A DNA stretch of 64,000 nucleotides from Octopus vulgaris (Eukaryota): the NCBI GenBank assembly GCA_951406725.2, contig CATOCA020000001.1, positions 6,758,001-6,822,000 on the forward strand, read 5' to 3'. A model generated the notes under the pieces. It worked only from the letters and a program-made list of their open reading frames with translations, did no database searches and was not told the DNA's origin. Numbering within the stretch: position 1 is the first letter of the stretch; every line of letters starts with the position of its first letter. Below are positions 52,975 through 64,000 of this stretch, piece by piece. A program made the translations under genes and the position numbers.

Positions 52975-55260
52975 GTCATTTAACATCCATTTTCCATTCT
53001 GGCATGGGTGGAATGGTTTGAGTGAGGTCTGGAGAGTCAGTAGCTGCACCAGGCTCCAATCTGATCTGCCATTGTTTCTACAGCAGGATGCCCTTCCTAA
53101 TGCTAACCTCTCTGAGAGTGTAGTGGGGGCCATCAGCACAGGTGCCAGTTAGGTGGGTCTGGCATTGATCATGTTCAGATAGTACTTTTTACGTGCCACC
53201 AGCACAGGAGCCAGTCAGGGGTTTCTGGCATCGGCCACATTTGGATGGTGTTTTTACATGCCACCAGCATAGGAGCCAGTCATGCGATCCTGGAATCAAT
53301 CACGTTCAGATAGTGCTTTTTATGTGCCACTGATACGGGAGCCAGTCAGAGGGTACTAGCATCAACCTCGTTTGGATGATGTTTTTTATGCTCCACCAGC
53401 ATGGGAGCCAATTAGGCAGACCTGGCATTGACCACGTTCAGATGGTGTTTTTTACATGCTACCAGCATGAGAGTCAGTGAGAGGACACTGGCATAGACCA
53501 TGTTCAGATGGTGCATTTTATGTGCCACGGGAACAGGAGCCAGTCAGGAGGCACTGGGCACAGCTACAATTTTAGTTTTACTTGACTCAACAGGACTTCT
53601 CAAGCATAGCATATCACCCAACGCATCAAGGGTTCTCTTAAATGGACTGGACAGGCAACACTGGCATCGGCCATGGCAGTGATCTCACTTCAGTTGCCAG
53701 GTCTTCTCAATCACAGCATATCTCCAAAGGTCTTAGTCTCCTGTCATTGCCACTATGAGGCCCAGTGTTCAAAGGTCATGCTTCACCACCTCATCATATG
53801 TCTTCCCGAGTCTACCTCTACCACAGGTTCCTTCCACAGTTAGGGTGTGGCACTTCCTCACACAACTGTGCTCATCCTTATGTAACACATGACCATATCA
53901 GCGGTGTCGTCTCTCTTGCACACCACATCTGATGTTTCTTATGTCCAACTTTTCTCTCAGGGTGCTTACATTCTGTCATATATGCACACTGGCATTACAC
54001 ATCCAGTGGACCATACTAGCTTAATTTCTTTCAAGCCTACGCATGTCCTCTACATTCATAGCCCATGTTTCACTGCTGTGTAGCATGGCAGTTCGCACAC
54101 ATGCATCATACAGTCTACCTTTCACCCTGAGTGAGAGGCCCTTAGTTGCCAGCAAAAATAGGAGCTCTCTGAACTTTTCCCAGGCTATTCTTATTCTAGC
54201 CATGACAATGTCAGAGCAACCACCCCACTACAGATTTGGTTGCCTAGTTAGCGGAAGATATCAACTACTTCTAGTATTCCCTCCTTACATGTGATGGAAT
54301 ATGTTTTCTGTACGTATTCAGTGTTTAATGCTCCTGTGTTTAATCTTCAGTGTTTAATGCACAAAAACTATCTTCCCAGTTAACCTTCCTTTGATATTGC
54401 TGCACCTTTTATGTGTCCATTGATTACATCGGGTACATCATATGGAGTTTCTACCTATGCATTTTCTAAAGATTGAGCAGGGCCATCTACCCGAAGTGGT
54501 TTGTGATTTTTCATCCTCCTTACTTACAAAAACTTTGGTTTTTGCTAGGTTAACCCTAAGGCTCTTCAATTCTAGACCTTGCTTCCACACCCTAAACTCT
54601 GTCTCTAGTTCTAGCAGTGACTCGGCTATTAGAGCATGGTCATCAGCATAGAGGAGCCTGTCTTGAATTCCTCTGTTATTGCCTGGTGGACTATAATGAA
54701 TAAGAGGGGACTGAGGACTGATCCCTGGTGAACCTGTACTTCTACCTGGAATTATCCACTATACTCGTTGCCAACTCTCATCTTACTGACTGCATCCCTG
54801 TACAGCTCTTATCAACCACTTGTCCATCCTCAGTTTTCCCATTGACCATCAGATAAGGTATCAGGGGACCCTGTTATAAGCTTTCTCCAAGTCAACAAAA
54901 GCCAAGTACAGAGGTTTATATTTGGCCAGATATTTCTCCTGCAGTTGCCTTACCAGAGATATAGCATCAGTGGTGCTTCTGCTTGGCACAAAACCAAACT
55001 GCATCTTATCTAGGCTAACTCTCTCCATAATTAGTTGGGCTGTGACCCTCCCCGTAACTTTCATCACCTGATCCAATAATCTGAAACTACCTGATTTACG
55101 ATGTGGATGACAAGACCATAATCCACACCACCTGATATTTTAAGCATCTCAGCAGTGATTACTTATGGGACAGGTGCTTCTCCTGTTTTCATATCCTTAA
55201 TTGCTTTATCTACCAGGGTACTATCAATTTTTATAGTGTTTCATTTTATTACACTTCTGT
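52975..55260 (-). mobile_element. RTE LINE, degenerate, with a tandem-repeat 3' UTR
   Basis: QFGFVPSRSTTDAISLVRQLQEKY..LAFVDLEKAYNRVP; RIRIAWEKFRELL; LYDACVRTAMLH. Confidence 0.85.
53135..53560. repeat. ~65-bp minisatellite, ~7 copies, in the RTE 3' UTR
   Basis: GCACAGGAGCCAGTC-like unit at 53137, 53202, 53267, 53332, 53399, 53465, 53531. Confidence 0.85.
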
Positions 55261-55509
55261 TTTCCTTTCCACCACACATTTAATTCAACAAAAATGTCTT
55301 TCCATTATAATCCCCTAAAAGCAATAGATTTCTCAGCTCATGTTGCACATCCAACAAATGGTATTAATCTAATGCCTACCAGTGCTCATATCATGTTTCC
55401 ATGCATCATTCAAATCCCCACAAATACACCAAGCAATATGCCTCTTAAACAAAGCTGCAAATTTTTGAATTTTTTGTATTCAATTGCAACCAAAGTTGTT
55501 ATAGAGTCA

Positions 55510-57060
55510 CTAGAAATGGAGAAAGCCTTTGACAAGATCCCCTGCTCCTTAATCTGGTAGCCAATGTAGAAGCTAGTGATAGATGAGTGCTTGGTGAGAG
55601 CCATACAAGCCATGTACAGGGACGCTGTCAGTAAGGTGAAAGTTGGCAATGAGAAGAGTAATGGATTTTGTGTACAGTTGGGTATTCATCAAGGGTGGAG
55701 GCGCAATGGCCCAGTGGTTAGGGCAGCGGACTTGCGGTCATAGGATCGCGGTTTCGATTCCCAGACCGGGCATTGTGAGTGTTTATTGAGCGAAAACACC
55801 TAAAGCTTCACAAGGCTCCTGCAGGGTATGGTGGTGATCCCTGCTGTACTCTTTCACCACAACTTTCTCTCACTCTTTCTTCCTGTTTCTGTTGTACCTG
55901 TATTTCAAAGGACCAGCCTTGTCACACTCTGTGTTACGCTGAATCTCCTCGAGAACTACGTTAAGTGTATGCGTGTCTGTGGAATGCTCAGCCACTTGCA
56001 CGTTAATTCCACGAGCAAGCTGTTCCGTTGATCGTATCAGCTGGGACCCTCATCGTCGTAACCGACGGAGTGCTCCTCTTTCACCAAGGATCAGTTCTTA
56101 GCTTCCTCTTCTTTATCATAGTCCTCCAGGCCATAACAGAAGAATTTAAGACTGATTGCCTTTGGGAGCTCATCTATGCTGATGAGCTTGTTCTTATAGC
56201 TGAATCTCTACTAGAATTGTAAAAGAAATTTCAGGTGTGGAGACAAGGTCTGGAATCAAAGGGCCTTAGAATTATTTAAGCAAAGACCAAAGTCCTAGTA
56301 AGTAGGAAAGCAGACAAGTTATTAATCTCTTCAGGGAGACAGCTGTTCTTGATATGCAGAAAAGGTAGAGGTAGAAATTCCATAAATTGTACTCAGTGTA
56401 GCACACAAGAAATACTGCAGTATCATAGGAAGTTTAACAGAAAAACTAGTCTTTGTGTGTCACAGGTAAGCAGGTACAATAAAAACTAAGAATGTATGAA
56501 GTAGGTGGGCAGTTCTTTACAAGTGTAGATAGCTTCCATTACCTTGATGACAAAGTTAACAGTGGAGGAGAATGCTCTGAAAATGTAGTTGCTAGAATAA
56601 GAATGTGCTGGGCAATGTTGCAGGTAACAAAAGGCCTTTCTCTCAGAGTGAAAGGTAGAATGGATGATGCCTATGTATGGATAGTGACAGTGAAACATGG
56701 GCTGTGACTGCAGAGGGTGAGTGAAGGCTTGAAAGAAATGAAGCCAGCCTATTCCAGTGGATGTGCAATGTCAGTGTGCATGTACAATAGAGTGTAAGCA
56801 TTTTGAGAAAAAAATTGGGTATAAGTGGCAACAGATGCAGTGTGCAAGAGAGAAGACTGTACTGGTACAGTCGTGTGATGCATATGGCTGAGGACAGCTG
56901 CATAAAGAAGTGCTGATCTGTAAACTTTTAAATGAGGTAAACTGAGGAAGATACGAGACAAAGTGGTGAGAAATGATCTTCAGATGTTGAGCCTCACACA
57001 GGAGATGACAAAGGACCGAGACTTCTGGTGATTTGTTGTGCTTGAGAAGATATGTCAAAC
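55510..57060 (+). mobile_element. RTE LINE fragment interrupted by a SINE
   Basis: MEKAFDKIP; HQGSVLSFLFFIIVL; WELIYADEL; GLSLRVKGR. Confidence 0.85.
55695..56079 (+). mobile_element. Young tRNA-derived SINE with 10-bp TSD
   Basis: A-box TGGCCCAGTGG, B-box GTTTCGATTCC; TSD TTCATCAAGG (55685) / TTCACCAAGG (56080) splitting the RT HQGS motif. Confidence 0.9.
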
Positions 57061-57455
57061 TAAGTAAAATTGTGGCCGTCCATACATACAGGCATGTCCT
57101 TTATGGCCGTGCCTTCCTCTCACACTCACCAATGTAATCTGTCCTTTGTCAAAATTCCCCCACTACCCATCTTCCAAATACCTCCCCTTCATTCCAACAA
57201 CCATAATCCCCATTTGCTGTAGTCACATCCACTCTATCTCAAATACCTAACTGCACACACTACATGCCCTCACATATCAATCACACTACCTCCCAACCAT
57301 TCCAGTTTAAATTTCTCTCACCATTACCTCCTAAAGTCACCTCATCCTCATCTCTAAACATTTCCCCTCACACTTTTGTAGAACATCCACTTTCTATTCT
57401 CTTCGGACTACTACTACTCCCCACCAGATTCCGATGCAACTTCAACACCATCTAT

Positions 57456-57486
<31 letters not shown>

Positions 57487-57694
57487 CTTTGAATGTCTCT
57501 TCTTTTCTCTCTCTTCTTTTTTTCCTGCTGGAGTAGCCAAGTATCTCTTCCATAGTAAGATATTTATCTCTATTCCCCTATCATATTCTAATCTCTCACT
57601 TGGCACTAAGCTACTTCCCTCAGTTCCACTTCCTCTCCCAACTGAGAGGTCTCACAAGTTACTTGGCAACCCCACTGGTGCTGGTGCCACATGT

Positions 57695-57990
57695 GAAGGT
57701 GCATGGCTTAGTGGTTAGTGTATTTGGCTCATGAAAATAAAACTGTTAGTTTGACACCCAACAGTACATTGCATCCTTGAGCAAGATGCTTCAATATCAT
57801 GTTGCTCCAATCACTGGGTTGACAAAAATTAATTGTACCTGTAATTCAAAGGGCCAGCCTTGCCACATTCATTGTCACACTGAATCTCTCTGTGGAGTGC
57901 TTAGTCACTTGTATGGTAATTTCATGAGCAGGCTGTTCCAATGACCCAATCAACTGGAACACTCATCACCATTACCAATGGAGTGCCAGT
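57695..57990 (+). mobile_element. Degenerate tRNA-derived SINE related to 55695-56079
   Basis: TGGCTTAGTGGTTAG head; shared GTACCTGTA.TTCAAAGG.CCAGCCTTG block. Confidence 0.6.
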
Positions 57991-60850
57991 TGGTGCCATA
58001 TAAAAAAAGTCATCAGTGCTGGTGTTGCATTAAAAGCACCCAGTACACTCTGTAAGGTGGCAGGCATTAGGAAGAGCAATCAGCCATAGAAACCATGGCA
58101 AATCAAACAATTGGGCCTGGTGCAGCTCTCTGGCTTGCCAGCTTTTATGAAACCATCCAACCCATGCCAACATCAAAGACAGACATCAAAATGATGATGA
58201 GGGCAATTTATATCCTTCTAATAAGGATGTGTTCATTCTGTTAATGCTTTAGAAATGTTTCTAATCATTCTTCTCTGTGACTGCACAGACATAACTGTAG
58301 TTATGTAATGTAGTGTTGAATATTTCAGCATTTTACACAGTGACAGCACAGTAAAAACAATATGTCCGTCGGGTTACACTAATGATTTCAAACCCACGCA
58401 ATGATGTGGCAATCTTTTCTGGGGAAAGTGGAAGTGCATGCCGAAATTGTGTGTACTTGTAACTGCTGGCTAAGGTCCCCTAATCAGCCTCATCTAAGCA
58501 TTATAATTCTTGAATTTTAACATATGATTTCAGAACTATTTTTCATAAGAAAAGTTCTTATTGCAGAATCTGTCAAAAGCTATAAATTAGGAAAAGAATA
58601 AGGAGACTAAGGCCAATATAGCATTTGCAGTTTGTTAAATTGGATAATAAATTGAATTCCTGCCATTTCATATAGTGATATAAATTGTTTGTAACTATCC
58701 CAGAATACTTTATAAATATGGTCTACACTAGGAGTGAGGAGCTCATCACCTGATTTTAAATTTGAAATTACTCAATGAGAAAATCTATAAAGATCCATAT
58801 GAAAAAATTTAAATAGTAATGTAATATACATAGCATATCTATGAATTTGAAAGATTCATTAATTTTCTCAGTAAAAATGTACCTCAGAAATTCTTATACA
58901 CCTTTCAATTTACTTTTCATACTGAACAGTTCCCCCAACTCTTCCTTATGCCATTGGTCTTTGATTAATGAAAACCACAGATGAACCATCATCTTCAAGC
59001 AATCTACATGCATGGAACTGTTTCTAACTTAGTGTGACCAATGTTATCCTGTCTCAGACAGGTTCTGAATTTTTCCAACTTTTTCTACTTAGTGCTGCTT
59101 TGTAATGACTTGACATCATTTAACTTGCAATAACTGCATTAATTCCAAATATTCTGTTCTATGACAAAAAATAAAAAGAACATTGCTGCTGTCATTTCAC
59201 ATCTGTTATCTATACTGGCATGGTGAACTGTTTGACAGGAGCTGGTAAGTCTGGGAGCCACATCAAGCTTTAGTGTCTGTTTTCGCATGGTTTATACAAC
59301 TGGATCTCCTTCCTAGTGCTAAGTGTCCAACTGACAGATTTATTAAATCTCCATGAACATTGTATAGGGAATCATATAAATCAAAATAAATTAAGAGATT
59401 TAACCAATTTGGACCAGTAGAAAGGCCAAAAAGAGGTAATATTTCAGTATTTATATGCATTCGTTCACTGTTTCCCTATTTCAGCAAAAATGCCTTACTA
59501 CATTTAAAACAACTCCACTTAAACTACATAGAAAATATTTAAATAAACACACTAAAAATAGGTTAGTTAATCAACCTGAAAACTTTACTAAAACTGAGGG
59601 AGTAGTTTCCCAATATAAGTTTTGCCATCTTCACACCCTACTCCAACAAACCAAACTACATCTCTCCTCTTACTCACATTTCCTCTTTTAATGCACTATG
59701 CTTATCTCTTGCTCCCCAGTTCTGTCCACACTGCACTGCTCACAGTATCATTACTATCCTGTTGTCCCCTACCCACTCTATATGCCCAGGTTTTACCAGT
59801 CACTGCATACCCCACCCCCACACACCTTGCATTCACTCTCTATACATGTACCTTGGCAACTCCCTCCCTTTTATATTCTGACCCCATGTCTTTAGAGCAT
59901 ACTCTTCCAATTTGCTACCACTGATCTCCTTGTGGCTCTCCTCTACCATCCCATTTATATTCTGATCCCCATTCCTTATGAGCATGCTCTGGTGCTTTAC
60001 CACTATCTCTCTCCTGCTCTCTTGCACTCTCTTTCTCTTTCTCCTGCTCTCTTGCACTCTCCCTCTTTCTTTTGCTCTCTTTCACTCCCTTTCTCTATTC
60101 CTTAGACTGGTTAACTATGTATCGGTTCTACAGCAACACACCCACTATTGGCCTCAATCTTGATCACTCCTTCTCTCTCCTTCTGACTGGGTAACCATGT
60201 ATCACCTCTACAGCAACACATCTATTTGTTTCTCTGTCATACACTAACCTTTCATCATCTGGCACAAGATCACCTCCAATGCCACATCCTCTCTCAAAGG
60301 ATTTTTATCTTACAAGTTATTTGGTGACTCTGTTAGTGTTGGTGCCACATAAAAAGCATCCATTCCACACTGTAAAGTGGTTGGCATTTGGAAGAGCATC
60401 CAACTGTAAAAAAAAAAAAACATGCTAAAACTGATCTCAGTTGTGCTGGTGTCACATAAGCATTCAGTCCATTCAGTGGAGTGGTTGATGTTAGGAAGGG
60501 CACCTAGTCATAAAAATCATGTCAAAACAGAAAGCATAGCATGGTGCAGTCTTCCGCTTAGTGACCTCTAGTCAAAATGTCCAACCCATGCCAACATGGA
60601 AAGCAGATGTTAAATGATGATGATGATAATGATGATTTCTGAAAGGAAAATTATTTGTACTTACAAGTGTAATACTGAGCAAGAAACAAAGCTAAACTAG
60701 AGCCCCTGACATTAAAACCCAGAGCTGACTATAACACTTAAACTGAAAGTAGAACTTTAAGTACTTTATGAATATATTAATAAATTATAAACAATTCTGA
60801 ATAACATAAAATAACATTTTAAATGATTAAAGAAGCATGTAACAACTTAC

Positions 60851-61159
60851 TCTTATATCTCAAAGTAAAAACAACAGTTTCTTTTCCTATGGAGTTTTCC
60901 ACTGTTAAGGTATAAGTACCAATAGCATCATCTTTGATGTCTTCTATCTTTAAACTAGTACAGCTTCCTTTGAAAGGAAACTCATCTTGTAAATAATCAG
61001 TTATTAAATATTTGTTTGAGTCAATTGATTCCTCATTTTTCTGCCATTTTACATCAGATTTTGGATGCGAATAAAAACACTGTTTGAAAATTACAGTTTC
61101 TCCATTTGAAACATTTCTCTTTTTTGGACCATTTGATCCTGAACTGAACATGGCTTTCA
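60851..61159 (-). CDS. Immunoglobulin I-set domain exon
   Basis: ccaccag|TG AAA...; VSNGETVIFKQCFYSHPKSDVKWQKN...SLKIEDIKDDAIGTYTLTVENSIGKETVVFTL; A|gtaagt; 309 nt, phase 1-1. Confidence 0.85.
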
Positions 61160-62169
61160 CTGGTGGAAAAAATAATAAAATATTAAAAGAGAAAATACAC
61201 ATGTACTAGAAATTAAATATTTTCTGAAAATAACAATAAATATTCTAAATTATCAATTGAAGATTATCATAAGTTTTTGGAAAAAATAAGATGAAATAAT
61301 CCTTTCTACTATAGGCAAAAAGGCCTGGAATTTTGGGGAAGGGGCTAGTCAATTATATTGAGCCCAGTGCTTCACAGGAACTTATTTTATCAATTCCAAA
61401 AGAATGAAAGGCAAAGCAGGCTTTGGTAGAATTTGAACTCAGACTGTGATGCACATGGCAGTATAACCAAGCACTTAGAGTACTGACTGATGCAGTGGTG
61501 GAGAGGGTAATGTGAATTAGCAATGACAAAAGGCCACAAGTAGTGGGGCATGGGAAGATAAAGGTTGCAAGCCAGCCACTGTAAGGAAGAAGAATGATTG
61601 AAATGGGGAGTTAGGATCTTTCCGTTGATTCTGATGGTAAATATCACTTGGTAAATATCACTTGTCACTTTTTACCATCAAGAGACTTGACCTTGTCAAA
61701 TGGTGCCAAGAAAAAACGATGGTAAAGATGGTAGAGCGGACAGTTTCCTAGGAAGGAGACATTGAAAATGCTCTCCTCAGGAAAGAAAATATATGTTGTT
61801 TAAACTTTGTGAAAACAATGGAAGAGAGGTAATATACCTTCCTGTAGAGACAAGTGTCAGAGGGTTTGTTGGAATCAGGGTTCACTTGATGCTCGGGAGT
61901 TTTGGACTAGGTACAAATGACACGAAAGATGTTACTAGAAAATTGCCGGAAGTTGTCAAGAAAGCAACTTATTATATCTTCCTGAGGAGAGAGCATGAGA
62001 GATGAAGCAAGAATTAGCAATGAGGATGGTAGAAATAACTGATCCAGAGTTGCAACATCTGATCACCAAAGCTTGTGCTGTTGCATGCTTATGTTGTTGT
62101 TTACACCAGTAGGTGGCCCTGGACAGTTCTAGTGTCATGATAGAAAGGGCTGAAACACCTACAGAGCTG

Positions 62170-62930
62170 CTTTACTGCCCAAAAAGTGGTTGAGGAACCT
62201 GTGGAATAGGTAGACCCAGAAAGACCTGGGATGAGGTAGTGAAGCATGACCTTCGAACATTAGGCCTCACCAAGGCAATAACTAGTGACCGGGACCTTTG
62301 GAAATATGCTGTGCTTGAGAAGACTCGGCAAGCTCAAGTGAGACCATAACCTTGTAATTTATGACAGGGGTGTAACCAGCCCACTTATGCATACCTTTCC
62401 TTCACTGGACACTATTCTCCACTTGCGGAGACCTGTTGAGGCAAATAATATTGAAATCAAATTCAATGACTGGCATCCATGCCAGTGGAGCGCTAAGAGT
62501 ACCATACGAGGATGATCGTTGCCAGAGCAACAAGCTAGCCTCCATGCCGATGGCACGTAAAAAGCACCATTCGAGTGTGATCATTACCTGCGTCGCCTTA
62601 CTGGCACTTGTGCTGGTGGCACGTGAAAAACATTTGAGCAAGGTCATTGCCAGAGCCACTGGACTGGCTCTCGTGCATGTGGCACATAAAAAGCACCATT
62701 TGAGCGAGGCAGCTGCCAGTACCACCTGACTGGCCCTCATGCCGGTGGCACGTAAAAAGCACCCACTACACTCTCGGAGTGGTTGGCATTAGGAAGGGCA
62801 TCCAGCTGTAGAAACTCTGCCAGATCAGATTGGAGTGTGGTGCAGCCATCTGGTTCACCAGACCTCAGTCAAATCGTCTAACCGATGCTAGCATGGAAAG
62901 CGGTTGTTAAACGATGATGATGATAATGAA
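62170..62930 (+). mobile_element. RTE LINE 3' end with sub-repeats and (GAT)n tail
   Basis: GRPRKTWDEVVKHDL; repeated GGCACGTAAAAAGCACC; GGCATTAGGAAGGGCATCC; (GAT)n. Confidence 0.8.
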
Positions 62931-63734
62931 TTTAAAACTACAAGTCAAGTGAACAACGTCAAGTGATGTATAGAAGTGGATAACTTGGTTTGATGATTAT
63001 TTTTATAGATGTGGCCAAAGACAAGACACTACTGTGTAAAATAAAGAGGAAGGTTTTTCAAAGGATTCAAATTGATATAATCTGTACAAGATATCAATTC
63101 AGAAATTTTGAGATTTATGTAAGTTAGAATGGGATTATCACTATGTGATATTGTCTCAGATATCACCTTGAGATTATTATTTCCAAGTGACTAATCCATT
63201 ACAAAGTTTGAAATTTATGCTCAAAGATCACTTAATCAAAAATGAAGAAATATGCAATTATGTGCATCATCTCTAATAAAGACAATCTCTACAATGCTAC
63301 TCAGAAACAGCCTATTGGTTTCACAGCCAATATTTCTAAGATTATGATGATTCATCACCTCCTACTTTAACTTTGATCTCAAGACATCTGAAGATATATA
63401 AAACTAGGTCTCCTAGAAACCATTACCTTTATGTCACAAAGTGGCTTTCATGAAGGTCTAAACAGCATACAAACATTTCTCTTCTTTCTAAAGCTAACAA
63501 ATATAATATGATATAGAATTTAAATGAAAACTCTATGTTACTAAAAGTTTTAGGAAGATCTTTGAAAAATAAATAATTTATTGCCAAAAAGGAAACTAAC
63601 ACCATATGTATCTCTTTATAATTTGAAATAACAACAAATATTTTATGCTCTTGGTCTATAATTTAATTCATATGCTTCCAATTAATGTGAAAAAATGCTT
63701 TCAGTTCTTTTTTGGAAATATTGATGACAATCAC

Positions 63735-64000
63735 TTTATTAAAACAACTGAGTTGACAACTAAGTTCCTGCAGTCTTTTAAATTTTGGAATTTATTGCAT
63801 TTTTAAATTTTGGAATCTATTTTTTTGTTTCTAGTTAATCTTAGAAACTGAAATGTCAAGTTAAGAGAAACGAGCATTTTCAATACCTGCTTCTTTTTGC
63901 TTTTAATCAAGGCCGCAAAAGCTACTCGTGATATTTGTGCTGTGTATGGAGAGGGTACCATAGCTGAAAAAGCCACTCATGATACGTATGCCAAGTTCAA
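63735..64000 (+). mobile_element. Mariner element 5' part (runs off the window)
   Basis: QVKRNEHFQYLLLFAFNQG..KATRDICAVYGEGTIAE..YAKF, typical mariner HTH N-terminus. Confidence 0.75.

Noticed and set aside
53135-53560. 65-bp periodic repeat resembling CRISPR
   Set aside because: Whole units are homologous and diverge evenly; it is part of an RTE 3' UTR.
55695-55775. tRNA gene
   Set aside because: A/B boxes are present, but it continues into a 385-bp body flanked by a TSD, so it is a SINE head.
61839-61981. Candidate exon upstream of the Ig exon (ctcctcag acceptor)
   Set aside because: All three frames hit stops before the nearest donor.

Overview
AT-rich, repeat-dense animal DNA, most likely an octopus (coleoid cephalopod) judging from the SINE, RTE and microsatellite repertoire. 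There are two 100-N assembly gaps. The main gene is on the minus strand, about 0.15-40.2 kb, with its 5' part lost in or beyond the gap at 43.2 kb. It encodes an ankyrin-repeat plus Mind-bomb-type RING E3-ligase-like protein, and I reconstructed it exon by exon from GT-AG sites and consistent intron phases. (1) A two-exon, 201-nt cassette encoding two ankyrin repeats is tandemly duplicated with a period of about 7.5 kb, and the units are separated by multi-kb compound (ATC)n arrays. The large exons differ at 17/155 nt, mostly non-synonymously at ankyrin binding-surface positions, while adjacent intron differs by about 1.5%. (2) The 3' exons are triplicated in a 2.1-kb tandem repeat. The introns and neighbouring DNA hold at least five unrelated palindromic elements, four with outward-facing hammerhead-ribozyme-like motifs (Penelope-like; only a weak match in the fifth), plus solo hammerhead fragments. 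Also present: a near-full-length CR1/L2-group LINE whose ORF1 combines a Myb/SANT-like domain with a CCCH finger, many RTE fragments, SINEs, Helitrons, mariners, a Sola-like transposase relic, a probable solo LTR, and an isolated Ig I-set exon. Most ORFs in the supplied track are microsatellite artefacts.
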